From IMG/VR virus record IMGVR_UViG_3300048817_000084: a stretch of DNA of 64,000 nucleotides. One strand, given 5' to 3'. Origin of the DNA: a virus. Made by a program: the position numbers and the translations under genes. Within the stretch, counting starts at the first letter, position 1, and every line of letters starts with the position of its first letter. The notes below the pieces were generated by a model. That model searched no databases, was not told the DNA's origin, and worked only from the letters and a program-made list of their open reading frames with translations. Positions 16,485 through 26,714 of the stretch are shown here, one piece after another.

Positions 16485-17590
16485 TGCGCCGGCTGCTGGT
16501 GGCCCTGATCATGGCTGCTTCGGCAGCCATTTCTATTGCTCAGCAAACTGGTGGCGGAGGTGGGGCTGGGGCTGGTGGTGGCGGAGGAGCACCTACGGGC
16601 GCGGCAGGCGGAGCGCTCAGCGGAACCTATCCTAACCCATCGATCGCGGGGGCAATCAATCCATCCTCCACGGGCGCAACGACACCAGGAACGGGGGCGT
16701 TTACGACGCTTAGTGCAAGCAGCGGAGTATCGTCCACCTCGGATGGCGTGCATGTGGGCGAAGTCAGCATCGTGGGCAATACGACCAACCCCTCCGTTAC
16801 AGCGAACACATTCAATATATTTGGCCCAGCACTTGCAACCTTTACGGCGTATTCATGGCAGGTTCCCTCCGCTGCGCCGAACTATGCGGCATTGGCGTGC
16901 GTCGGTTCCGTGTCCAGCTCAGTGTCACAGATAACTTATTGCCCCCAGGCTGGATCAGGGGCCGCGATACCTACAGGTCCAAATAGCTCTACTTCGGGAG
17001 ACTTGGTTTCGTATACAGGAACCGGCGGCCAGCAGCAAGACAGCGGTATCGCCTCGGCGAATGTTCTCGTGAAGGCTCCGCTTACTTCTTTCAGTCTCTA
17101 CAATCCGGCATCAGAAGCCAGCAACCTCGTCTTGAGCGCAGCAAACGCGGTCAACTGGGTCGCGTTCACGATTCCCGCGCAAGGGATGACCGTAACCCAT
17201 TTCGGATTCAACGTAAACGCTGTGGATGCCACGACTAGTCATCACTATGACATCTGCTTGTGGAATAGCGCGGGAACGATGGTGGCAGATCTGGGAGCCC
17301 ACGCAGGAGGCAGCGGATGGCCAGATACCCAATATGGAAATGACGTGGCTATCGCACAATCCAGTGTAACGCTGCCCGGTGGTACATATTTTGCAGGCTG
17401 GAGCGGGGATGCCACCACCCTCAACCTTAGCGCTCCGAATAATTCCGGAGTTTACTCGCTAGCGCTGTACGGGGTAGGCCCGGCGAATACAACCACCGCC
17501 GGGCAGTGTGGGAACGTGACGGTGCCATCGCCTACCACGAGCAGTAATGATGTAAACACGTATCTCGGATTCACCCTGCTGCTTCACTAA
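16484..17590 (+). CDS. exported Gly-rich fibre-like protein (368 aa)
   Basis: Signal peptide MRRLLVALIMAASAAISIAQQ. Gly run. Motif LSGTYPNPSI is common in tail-fibre proteins. Confidence 0.7.
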   Translation: MRRLLVALIMAASAAISIAQQTGGGGGAGAGGGGGAPTGAAGGALSGTYPNPSIAGAINPSSTGATTPGTGAFTTLSASSGVSSTSDGVHVGEVSIVGNTTNPSVTANTFNIFGPALATFTAYSWQVPSAAPNYAALACVGSVSSSVSQITYCPQAGSGAAIPTGPNSSTSGDLVSYTGTGGQQQDSGIASANVLVKAPLTSFSLYNPASEASNLVLSAANAVNWVAFTIPAQGMTVTHFGFNVNAVDATTSHHYDICLWNSAGTMVADLGAHAGGSGWPDTQYGNDVAIAQSSVTLPGGTYFAGWSGDATTLNLSAPNNSGVYSLALYGVGPANTTTAGQCGNVTVPSPTTSSNDVNTYLGFTLLLH

Positions 17591-17591
17591 G

Positions 17592-19013
17592 ATGAATAAA
17601 CTTATTGTTTTTGTACTGCTTACATTTTCGGTCCAGGCCTGGGCCGCGAGCTATTATCTCTCCGCTACCGGCAGCGACGGGAATAATGGAACGAGCGCAG
17701 GTGCTCCGTGGCTTACGCCGGATCACGCGGTGAATTGCGGAGATACGATCACTGCAGCGGCATCCAGTTCTTATTCTCCTGCTAACTTCCAGACATTCGG
17801 CACGGTGACATGTCCAGCCGGTAACAATGTCGCCTGGCTCATTTGTGCTACTTTCGATGCCTGCAAGATCAGCGGAATGACAAGCTCCCAGAATGCCATG
17901 ACTGTCCAGACAAGCTATTGGGGCGTGCAAGGCTGGGAAGCGGATGGGTCGGCGACCTCTGGACCGTGCTTTTTGATGTACCCGTATGCGAGCTCTATCC
18001 ACCACATTATCTTCGCCAATAACATTGCGAGCGGGTGTGGATTGAACGGTATAGCATCGTCGGAAAACAGTACCTACGGCGTGGATTACATAGCTATTTT
18101 GGGGAACATTACCTACAACGATGCAGGGGGGTCTTCGTATTGCGGCAGCGGGATTAGCATCTACGAGCCGGTGGCGTCGGACACCAAACCAGGAACCCAC
18201 ATCTATATTGCTGGGAACTTCTCCTGGGACAATTTCAACGGAAATCCCTGCAACGTAGGCACCCCTTCTGACGGGGAGGGGGTAATATTCGACACCTGGG
18301 ACGGCGTCCAGACCGGGCTATCAAACTACGGGCAGCAGGGTGTAATTGACAACAATATTCTGATCGCCAACGGTGGCCGGGGAGTCGAGACGTTCAACAA
18401 TTCTAATGGGCCCGGTCCTTTCGCCAAGATATACATTCGCAACAATACGATCTGGGGAAACAACCTTGATACCCGGCCAACCTATGCGGCCTTTGTTTGC
18501 GGCGAGACGCTTATCTACGAAGCATTCAATATCGAATCGTTTCAAAACATAGTCGCGACTTCGGCAACAAATGGGTGCAATGGCGGTACCACTCCGGTAT
18601 ACAGCTTTTCCGTGAGTAGCGGAAATGGCACCGACCACGTGTACCAGGATTACATTTACGCAGTTGGCGGGACAACTCAGGGCATAACCAGCTCGACCGG
18701 GTTCTCGTATGGGCCGAATAATATAGTCGGCACGAGCCCCTCTTTCTCTAGCGCAGTTGCTCCAGGAGTCCCCTCATGCGGTAGCTATGCCAGTGTTCCG
18801 GCTTGCATGGCAACCGTGATCGCCAATTTTATGCCAACAGCCACATTGGCCAAGCCCTACGGATACCAAACGCCGAGCCCCATCAGCAGATACGACCCGC
18901 TCTTTCCGCAGTGGCTGTGCAACGTCAATCTGCCGGCTGGATTAGTCACGCCGGGATGTTTGACGGCCTCGGCCAGTTCAGGCGCTAGTATCAGCGGCAG
19001 CAAGATTCAGTAA
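17592..19013 (+). CDS. exported right-handed beta-helix protein (473 aa)
   Basis: Signal peptide MNKLIVFVLLTFSVQAWA/A. Has the pectate-lyase-fold N-cap motif SYYLSATGSDGNNGTSAGAPW and repeated N/G-rich beta-helix turns. Confidence 0.75.
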   Translation: MNKLIVFVLLTFSVQAWAASYYLSATGSDGNNGTSAGAPWLTPDHAVNCGDTITAAASSSYSPANFQTFGTVTCPAGNNVAWLICATFDACKISGMTSSQNAMTVQTSYWGVQGWEADGSATSGPCFLMYPYASSIHHIIFANNIASGCGLNGIASSENSTYGVDYIAILGNITYNDAGGSSYCGSGISIYEPVASDTKPGTHIYIAGNFSWDNFNGNPCNVGTPSDGEGVIFDTWDGVQTGLSNYGQQGVIDNNILIANGGRGVETFNNSNGPGPFAKIYIRNNTIWGNNLDTRPTYAAFVCGETLIYEAFNIESFQNIVATSATNGCNGGTTPVYSFSVSSGNGTDHVYQDYIYAVGGTTQGITSSTGFSYGPNNIVGTSPSFSSAVAPGVPSCGSYASVPACMATVIANFMPTATLAKPYGYQTPSPISRYDPLFPQWLCNVNLPAGLVTPGCLTASASSGASISGSKIQ

Positions 19014-19063
19014 TTGAGAATCACTCGCTCTAAATCAAGTTTCAGGGGAAAAAAGGAAAACCC

Positions 19064-19171
19064 ATGTTGAAGAAAGCAGTGCTGTTCCTGGCGCTCTGCC
19101 TGACTGCGCTCATTTCTCCGTGGGCAGGCGCGCAGGGCGTAGCTGACCGAACAAAATTAGCGATTCGATGA
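19064..19171 (+). CDS. 35-aa signal-peptide-only ORF (leader ORF or gene remnant)
   Basis: Not in the ORF track. AGGA RBS. Translation MLKKAVLFLALCLTALISPWAGAQGVADRTKLAIR. Its TGA overlaps the ATG of the next gene (ATGA). Confidence 0.35.
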   Translation: MLKKAVLFLALCLTALISPWAGAQGVADRTKLAIR

Positions 19172-22122
19172 AAAAACTCCTCGCTCTTCTGGCGATCGCC
19201 GCTGCGTGCCTGCTCGGACAGGATAGCTATGCCCAAAATGTCGAAGGCCAAATCATTGCTTCGCAGTTCGGCGCATACCAAGTCCCAGGCATCGCCACCG
19301 GATCGCTGCAATTTGAGCCGGCCAGCTGCCAGGTGATTGGTGGTGGCAAGAACTTCAATGCGTTCAGCGTGGGTGTGCCGGTAAAGATTGTTGACTCGAA
19401 CCCCCTGCTGAACGAGATCGATACGCCGTCCTCAGTGCAGATAAACGCCTGCACCATATCGATGGCGACAAGCCATATTCATGCAACGCCGTTCTATGTG
19501 ACATCAGGCACAGGCGGCCTGCAGGAAGCACTGATCAACGGGCTCTCGAAGGCAGGCGGCGCAAATACCGTCATCCTGAACGCTGACTGGTATGCGCAGG
19601 TGCTGCCCGGTAATCCAGCGACTGTGATTGCTGCGGTCAAAGGAAGCACCACGCTGGGCCTAGTGGACGTAACCACGACTCCGTACACGTCTTACACCTG
19701 GAATGGTTCGGCCTACGCGGCAAATGGAACAGGCGGCGCAAACACTCCAGCCACCAGCAACCTGCTGAAGGGCAACGGCGCTGCTAACGGAGTAATTCCA
19801 GCGGTTCCAGGCACAGACTTTCTTGTTCCAGGGGCCCTGCCCGGCACCACAACAGCAACGACTCAAACGACAGGCGACAACACGACCAAGGTGGCGACCG
19901 ACGCGTTCGTGCTGGGCAATTCGGCGACCGCGTCCATCCCAAACACGGTGGCACTCCTCAAGGGTGCTGGGGTTGCTGGTTCGGCGGCAGCAGCTACAGT
20001 AGGTACTGACTACTTTGGTCCGCAGACAGCCACGGCCGCATATCAGACCCCTCTGTCTACGGGAGCAGGAACCACCTTCGCTCCGGGTGGCGTCCCGGTG
20101 TCATTCGGCACAGCGCAAACCCAATACATCCAGCAGCAAGTCACCAACTCGAATTACACCACGCTAAACATCAACTCCCTCAACGATGAAATTTGGGTCG
20201 AGGGATTCACTGGCGGACCATATACGGGAATCGGTCAGACGCAGGTAGCATGGGTGACCGCGACGAACTACCCGCTCTGCCAGAACGTGAGTTACTCGGG
20301 GGGAAACTACGTAGCCATCACCTACCCGAATTCCTCGGTCACTCCGACCAGCAACGTTACGGTATGGTGGCCAAAAGCAACCTCTGACGCCACCACGCAA
20401 GCAGATTGCGCCTTCGCTAGCGCGGCAGGTAAGGCGGCCGCCACTAGCAAGCAGCAGACCTTGCGCGCTGGCTCTGGTAGCTGGAATATGACTGGCTGGA
20501 TTGAGCCCGGCGGCCTCTACTCGGTCAACATCAAAAGCTGCGGCATCTTCTGCGGCACCTGGAATTTCACCGGCACGGCTGCCGTGCCCATGGTGCAGCG
20601 TGCCACAGGTGGAGCGTTTACCTTTCTTGACGTGTCAGACGCCTACTGGGAGCCGAATCAAGTAGCCTCCTCGATCTTCGACCTGGGAGCGCTGAATCAA
20701 AGCCATTTCGACAACATGCAGTGGGACAACCCTGCACCTCTGGGAACGGGGAACTCGGGGAACTTCTTCGCACGTTTCGGTGAATCGGGCGGCGACGGAT
20801 TTCAGGTCTATCCAAACAACATCACCATGGGCACTTCGCCCACAAATCACAATACGGCTACGATCACCGCGAACTTGACCGGCACCACGCTGACATCGTT
20901 CACGCTTGTCAATGGTGGGTCTGGGTACCTACCGGCCGCCGCCAACAACATTCTTTACCTGCAAATCAACGGATACAAAGGGGGTACGTCTTTCCAGCCC
21001 TGCACAGTCATGCCGACATGGTCAGGCAATCCATTCACCGTTGTCTCCGGGGTCATAACCGCCGTAGCGGCCCCGACATCAGGAGGAACAGGTTGCTCGG
21101 GAACCATCGACGTTGCCGCCTACAGCTACTTCCCTGTGCAGTGGGGCATCTACAATAACGCCTCGGACTCGACGCTCAAAGACATCACCATCTATGCCAG
21201 CAGCCCTTACGGCGCCGGGATCTATGACAATGGCGGGGACACGCACCACATCCACATCCATCCCAGCTTTATTACCAACGGAATCGCGACCATCTGCGCG
21301 AACGATACCTATGAAAGCACGGAGCTCGACAACGTTTATAACCAGGGGTTTCAGTTCAACCAGCCGTTTGCGGGCACGGGATGCGCGGTATCTGGAACAC
21401 ATTCTTATGGCGCTACCGCGAAGGGAAACGCGGTCTATTACTTCGCAAGTGCATTAGCTCAGGTCACGATTGGGACCTCTGCCTCTCTTTCCGGAGGGAC
21501 GACCGCGGCTGACTGGCAAGAGTTTGTAACTCAGTCCGGGACGATCGCCGCAACTTCCGACTGGGCAACGAAAGCTCCATCCGGGCTGGTGGTTACTGGA
21601 AACGACCTCTCCGCTGGCGAGGCCATGGGCGACTGGCAGCCGATCATCAACGCGACCACAGCAAATATCGGGACCCTGAATGCTACAACCTTCAACCCGT
21701 CCAGCATCGGCTCGGTGAGCATCACGGCGAATACGCTGGGCACGGCTACCAGCGGAACGAATTACAGCTCTGGGAACATTACCCTCTCGGGCAGTTACTA
21801 CAACTCGACGGCTCACCTTAGCAACTGGGTAATTACCAACCAGATCGGCGCTGGAACCAACCCCGTAACCGCGCTCAACTTTGCCTGCTCCACTGGGTCG
21901 ACGGGTCAATGTCAGGCTAATTTCAGTAACTCCGTTCTTGGCGCGCAAATCATTAAGACGACCGGTTACACGGTAGCTGCTTTGCCCTCCGCATCAACTT
22001 CTGGTGCAGGGGCACAGGTTACGGTCACTGATGCAACCACCTTCACTCCGGGAACTTGCACTGGGGGCGGGTCGGATTACATGATCGCCATTTCGAACGG
22101 GTCGACATGGAGCTGCCATTAA
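19168..22122 (+). CDS. exported fibre-like protein, family member B (984 aa)
   Basis: Signal peptide MKKLLALLAIAAACLLGQDSYA/QNVEG. Shared N-domain. Tail-fibre motifs PGTDFLVP and TGDNTTKVATDAFVLG. Confidence 0.8.
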   Translation: MKKLLALLAIAAACLLGQDSYAQNVEGQIIASQFGAYQVPGIATGSLQFEPASCQVIGGGKNFNAFSVGVPVKIVDSNPLLNEIDTPSSVQINACTISMATSHIHATPFYVTSGTGGLQEALINGLSKAGGANTVILNADWYAQVLPGNPATVIAAVKGSTTLGLVDVTTTPYTSYTWNGSAYAANGTGGANTPATSNLLKGNGAANGVIPAVPGTDFLVPGALPGTTTATTQTTGDNTTKVATDAFVLGNSATASIPNTVALLKGAGVAGSAAAATVGTDYFGPQTATAAYQTPLSTGAGTTFAPGGVPVSFGTAQTQYIQQQVTNSNYTTLNINSLNDEIWVEGFTGGPYTGIGQTQVAWVTATNYPLCQNVSYSGGNYVAITYPNSSVTPTSNVTVWWPKATSDATTQADCAFASAAGKAAATSKQQTLRAGSGSWNMTGWIEPGGLYSVNIKSCGIFCGTWNFTGTAAVPMVQRATGGAFTFLDVSDAYWEPNQVASSIFDLGALNQSHFDNMQWDNPAPLGTGNSGNFFARFGESGGDGFQVYPNNITMGTSPTNHNTATITANLTGTTLTSFTLVNGGSGYLPAAANNILYLQINGYKGGTSFQPCTVMPTWSGNPFTVVSGVITAVAAPTSGGTGCSGTIDVAAYSYFPVQWGIYNNASDSTLKDITIYASSPYGAGIYDNGGDTHHIHIHPSFITNGIATICANDTYESTELDNVYNQGFQFNQPFAGTGCAVSGTHSYGATAKGNAVYYFASALAQVTIGTSASLSGGTTAADWQEFVTQSGTIAATSDWATKAPSGLVVTGNDLSAGEAMGDWQPIINATTANIGTLNATTFNPSSIGSVSITANTLGTATSGTNYSSGNITLSGSYYNSTAHLSNWVITNQIGAGTNPVTALNFACSTGSTGQCQANFSNSVLGAQIIKTTGYTVAALPSASTSGAGAQVTVTDATTFTPGTCTGGGSDYMIAISNGSTWSCH

Positions 22123-22138
22123 AAGCCTTCTGGCGTTC

Positions 22139-24784
22139 GTGATCTTCCTGCTGTGCTGCACGCATGTGCAGGCACAGAACGTGGAAGGCCAGATCATCGC
22201 TTCGCAATACGGCGAGTTCAAGGTTGCCAGCCAGAGCACAGGCGCTTTCCAATTCCCGCCCGCTACATGCCAGGTGAGCGGTGGAAACAAGAACTTTGAT
22301 GCCTTCAGTGTCGGCACTGCAGTAAAGATCGTTGATTCAAATCCCGCGCTGACAGAAGTAGCCACCCCAAGCAGCGTATACATCGGGCAGTGCGTCATCA
22401 ACATGGCCACGACTTACACGCACGTGCCGCCGTTCTATCTGACCTCCGGAACAGGCGGCCTGCAAGAGGCAATCACAGCAAACCAGCAAGGTATTGCAGG
22501 GCCAAACAGCGTCATTCTCAACGCGGAATGGTACGCACTGATTCAGCCGCGAAACGCCGCAACGGTCATCGCTTCCGTACATGGCAACACCAGCATGCCA
22601 CTGGTCGACATCACGACTACCCCGTACACGTGGTATCAGTGGGGCGGCTCGGCCTATGCTGCAGTGACTATCAGCGGCAGTGGATTGCCCCTATCCGGCG
22701 GGACGATGTACGGAACTTTGTTTGCGCCGAACATCAACGGCGAAGTCTATCCAGCTTCGTGCGGCCTCTCGCCTGCGCCTTCATGGTGCTCGGGAACGAC
22801 TGCGGATGCGTGGATTCGCGCGGCATGTACACAGCTACCTGCGGCTGGTGGGACGATCAACCTGCTTGGATTGACGGGAACCATCGCAGCGAGTGTCCCA
22901 TGCAGCACGCCGACAAAGCAGGTAATCACGCTCCAAGACCCAACTTCCACGTTGACCATCACCGAATCAGACGGGGGAATCGTCTTCCCGCTGGACAACG
23001 GGAGCATGCTTCTTGGGCCAGGAGCGGGGCAATGCACCAATGCTGGCGGGATTCATCTGGCAAGCGGTGCAAGCGTGACAGCCATCGTTGGGCCAGCGCA
23101 CACCGATGGGACGCAGGAGAATTTCACCGCCAATGGGCTTTGCATCTACGGAGCCGCCGGTGCGACAGTATCGAAAGGCTTGATTTACGCCAGCCACACG
23201 TATGCTAATACCTCATTTGATGGCAATACCATCAGCGTGTGCAACACGGCTTGCATGATGATTCTAGACAGCGGATCAATTCAGATCACCAATAACTGGC
23301 TGAACGTCTCTGATGGAGTGGACTCTATCACCGGAACCCCTCTGATCATTCAGGGAACAGGTGGAGGTGGGTGCAACGTGGGTCCAATCTGGGTAACCGG
23401 GGACCAGATCGAGCACGCTCTCGGAGGCAGTCCAGAGATTGTCATCGAAGGAGACGGAACCGGGTCGCCTCTTGCCTGCGATATCCACATTAAGGATGTG
23501 GGAATAGAGCGACAACATGGTGGTGGGACACCATCATCGATTGGGATAAGCATTGCTGATTGCAAGAATTGTAGCGTTGACAGTATTGTGTCGACGGGTG
23601 TAACGGGCGGTTCGGCGATGGTGCAGATTGCGTCGAACAGCTCCGGCAGTGTGGCCAACGTAAGCCTGACCAACATCAGCAACATCTTCGGCTCCTATGC
23701 CAACACGGTCAATGACACGTCGGCTGGAGTTGAGTTATCGTTTCTCGCTCAGCCACTTGTCGCCACCTATTACTCTAACCCGGGTTATGTTCAACCCCCG
23801 GCACTTCCCGGAACCACGCTCCAATCAGTGGGCAGCGATGTGATGAGTGGCTTAGGTAATTTCTCCACCGGGAGCAGCACAATCGGAACCGACTTTTACG
23901 TTACCGGATGCTTCGGTTCTATTACCTGCACCCTCACGCGCACCAACTCGTCGCCACCACCCGGCTACACATACTCGCAAGAAGTCGACATTACCGCGAA
24001 CTCTGATACTGGCGTCGGGTTTAATGGTTTGCAGTATGGTTCAGCAGTTAGCTTCACGGCGGGGCAGACTTACATCGCCAGCTTCTGGGGTAAGGGAGAT
24101 GGCACGTTCACTGGGTTGCCGACATTTGTTCTGCAAGATACGTCGATCCCGGCCTACTATTGCACCAACATATCACCCACAGCGTTTACGACAACGTGGA
24201 CGCTCTACTCGTTCACTTGCACGCCGACTACATCCGGCAGCGCTTACCTGGCCGTGGCTGCACGCACTCCGATCGGGGCGACGGGAGCCTTTTGGTTTGG
24301 CGGCTTCGTTGTCGCTCCAGTAGCTCCGCTCACTCCCGGAAATCTCCTGAGTTCCATTTCCCCTTACGGGGTTGGTCCAGCCACCACCGGCCAGCAGGCC
24401 ATCACCATCAACAGTACGCCCTGCGAGTTGGGGGGAAGCTGCAGCGTAACGAGTAGCGGCGCATCACCTTACACGATTACCGCTTCCGGTACACCAGTCA
24501 TCAATCTGGCGAACGGCCCACTGCAAACGATAACCCTAACCTCCGCCGCTACGGCAACCGTGACAGGTATCGCGGCCGGAAGTCGCTTGGCTATGCAGAT
24601 ATGTGAAGGGTCCACGGTCTACGCATGGACTTGGGCCGCCGCAATCCATGGGGGAATTTGCGTAGGCCCATCGTGCTCTCCATATCCATCGCAGGCAAAT
24701 ACCTGCTCGATGCAAACATTCAATTCGTATACCGGGACGACGCTGGTGCCGGAGAACATAGGAGTCGTAAATGTCTCTCCGTAG
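22139..24784 (+). CDS. exported beta-helix protein, family member C (881 aa from GTG; possibly starts at ATT 22118)
   Basis: Shared N-domain (QNVEGQIIASQYGEF...TSGTGGLQEA). Beta-helix-like middle part. The GTG start gives a truncated signal peptide. In-frame ATT at 22118 restores (I)KSLLAFVIFLLCCTHVQA/QNVEG. Confidence 0.8.
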   Translation: MIFLLCCTHVQAQNVEGQIIASQYGEFKVASQSTGAFQFPPATCQVSGGNKNFDAFSVGTAVKIVDSNPALTEVATPSSVYIGQCVINMATTYTHVPPFYLTSGTGGLQEAITANQQGIAGPNSVILNAEWYALIQPRNAATVIASVHGNTSMPLVDITTTPYTWYQWGGSAYAAVTISGSGLPLSGGTMYGTLFAPNINGEVYPASCGLSPAPSWCSGTTADAWIRAACTQLPAAGGTINLLGLTGTIAASVPCSTPTKQVITLQDPTSTLTITESDGGIVFPLDNGSMLLGPGAGQCTNAGGIHLASGASVTAIVGPAHTDGTQENFTANGLCIYGAAGATVSKGLIYASHTYANTSFDGNTISVCNTACMMILDSGSIQITNNWLNVSDGVDSITGTPLIIQGTGGGGCNVGPIWVTGDQIEHALGGSPEIVIEGDGTGSPLACDIHIKDVGIERQHGGGTPSSIGISIADCKNCSVDSIVSTGVTGGSAMVQIASNSSGSVANVSLTNISNIFGSYANTVNDTSAGVELSFLAQPLVATYYSNPGYVQPPALPGTTLQSVGSDVMSGLGNFSTGSSTIGTDFYVTGCFGSITCTLTRTNSSPPPGYTYSQEVDITANSDTGVGFNGLQYGSAVSFTAGQTYIASFWGKGDGTFTGLPTFVLQDTSIPAYYCTNISPTAFTTTWTLYSFTCTPTTSGSAYLAVAARTPIGATGAFWFGGFVVAPVAPLTPGNLLSSISPYGVGPATTGQQAITINSTPCELGGSCSVTSSGASPYTITASGTPVINLANGPLQTITLTSAATATVTGIAAGSRLAMQICEGSTVYAWTWAAAIHGGICVGPSCSPYPSQANTCSMQTFNSYTGTTLVPENIGVVNVSP

Positions 24785-26714
24785 CTTAGCGCTATTCGTA
24801 TTCCTGGCATCTGGTATGGCTCTCGCGCAGGGCACTGGAGGTAACGGCGTGCCGGGTCAGTCAATCGGCACTGGTAATTACACCCTTGGCAGTACCCCGC
24901 TCGTTTCTGGAACCCCCACCACGACCATCGCAGGACTTGCGCAGTTGCAAAACGTATTCTACTTATCCTCCGCTTCCGAGATTGGAGCGCAGTGCAACTC
25001 GGCAGTCACTGCTCTCGGTTCGACTGGGGGCGTAATCCAGCTACCCAACTCCACCTCGCTGACGATGACCACGGCCTGCACAAACATCCCCCCGCAGATA
25101 TCGATTACTGGATATGGCAAGAACGCCACCATCATCACTTGCACGGTAGCGGGTGACTGTTTTCAATTCACCATGAACCCTACGACCGTCGGTTCGATCG
25201 CATCGGGGGTTTCAAGTTTTGAAATCGACGGCAGCGGGGCCAGTAATCAAGTTCTTATGCACTTCAACGGCGCGAGCGGCTACACGCTTCACGATCTACA
25301 ATTTGAGCCCTATGGCGGGTCCGGTAATGCGGCTACCTGTCTCGAATTTGATAACTCCGCAACGGGTCTCTTTACGGAAAGAAACCGATCCTACAGCGTA
25401 AATCTTGAGCGGCAATGCACGACCGGTGTGCTTTTCAATCAGAACTCAGGAGACAGCAGTTACTCTTTCGGCTACAACAACTTCGAGTTTCAGCTAGCCG
25501 CGGAGGGATCGAATTATGGAATTGTGTTCAACGGCAACGGGATACTCTACGGCGGCTCGCTGACTGTCTACTGCAACCACATCGGCCCTGGCGGTGGATG
25601 CGTGCAGTTCAACAACGCCTTTAATGCTAACGGTATAAGTGGAGCACCGGGAGAAAGATTATTTATCACAGCAGAGGAAGATGGCTCGGGCGCTGGCACG
25701 GTCCTGGCGGCCACCGGGACAAATAGCCTGAATTTCGACGGGATCATATTTAATGGTTCGTCCTCGGCTACGGCACTAGCGACGAACACATCCGTGGCAG
25801 GAGGCGCGACCCTTTATATCTCCAACCAGTACGGGGTTCAAGGATCAAACGGCACAGCACAATCCGGGGTTGCTGTAGATACCAACTACAATACCGTGGC
25901 TGGTGCCACACCGAGGTCTTTCCTGTGTCCAAACATAGGCGATGGGGCATGGTGCGAGACTTTAGTAGGTACAGGCACCGGTACGGGCAATGCTGCCACG
26001 CTGCAATTTTTCAATGAGGGCAACAATAACTCCGGCAGCCGCGGCATTTTGGGCATGCCCGGAAACTCTGCGATTGAATGGGACAACGCTGGAAACGCTT
26101 ATGTGACGGGCGGGAACCTCATTCTGGGGAACACGACCTACGCTACAATCCAGATGGTTGGCCCCCATACCTGGTATGACGAAATCAGCTCGACCGGGCA
26201 ATACATTCTGTTCGATGTTACAAGCAACACAACGCCGTTTTATATCACAACGGCGGGCTCCCCCTACAACAACGCTTTTGCGGTTGGTGCTAACTCGATA
26301 TTTGGGTGGAGTTCTCAGGCTCAATATGCCAATAACGCCGCCGCTGACACCGCCTTCTCGCGTTCGGCTGCAAACGTAGTTGCTTGCGGCGACGGCACGC
26401 AAGGGGACTTCTCTTGCCGCTTAAAGTTGGCCGCGATAACTCTGGCGGGCGGTACGTCGCCAACGATCACGGGATGCGGTACGATATCGGCGCAAGCGGG
26501 CGGTGCTACGGCAGGAACCTTTACTACCTCTTTAGCCGGAACCTGCACGGCGGTAATCCCATTACCCACTGTAGCTCACGGCTATATCTGCAATGTGATG
26601 GATCAAACGTCTCACACGGTACTTCCGCAAAGTGCCAATAGTACGGCAAGCTGCACTGTTACAGGCACAACTGCGGCAAGCGATGTTCTGGTATTCTCGG
26701 CGCTTGGCTGGTAG
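24771..26714 (+). CDS. exported beta-helix protein (647 aa)
   Basis: Signal peptide MSLRSLALFVFLASGMALA/QG. Tailspike-like N-cap (GGVIQLPNSTSLTMTTAC...ISITGYGKNATIITC). C-terminal module shared with members A and D. Confidence 0.75.
   Translation: MSLRSLALFVFLASGMALAQGTGGNGVPGQSIGTGNYTLGSTPLVSGTPTTTIAGLAQLQNVFYLSSASEIGAQCNSAVTALGSTGGVIQLPNSTSLTMTTACTNIPPQISITGYGKNATIITCTVAGDCFQFTMNPTTVGSIASGVSSFEIDGSGASNQVLMHFNGASGYTLHDLQFEPYGGSGNAATCLEFDNSATGLFTERNRSYSVNLERQCTTGVLFNQNSGDSSYSFGYNNFEFQLAAEGSNYGIVFNGNGILYGGSLTVYCNHIGPGGGCVQFNNAFNANGISGAPGERLFITAEEDGSGAGTVLAATGTNSLNFDGIIFNGSSSATALATNTSVAGGATLYISNQYGVQGSNGTAQSGVAVDTNYNTVAGATPRSFLCPNIGDGAWCETLVGTGTGTGNAATLQFFNEGNNNSGSRGILGMPGNSAIEWDNAGNAYVTGGNLILGNTTYATIQMVGPHTWYDEISSTGQYILFDVTSNTTPFYITTAGSPYNNAFAVGANSIFGWSSQAQYANNAAADTAFSRSAANVVACGDGTQGDFSCRLKLAAITLAGGTSPTITGCGTISAQAGGATAGTFTTSLAGTCTAVIPLPTVAHGYICNVMDQTSHTVLPQSANSTASCTVTGTTAASDVLVFSALGW

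Noticed and set aside
17571-18200. 209-aa minus-strand ORF opposite the beta-helix gene at 17592-19013.
   Set aside because: It is an antisense artefact: Arg-rich, with no signal or domain features, whereas the + ORF has a signal peptide and beta-helix motifs.
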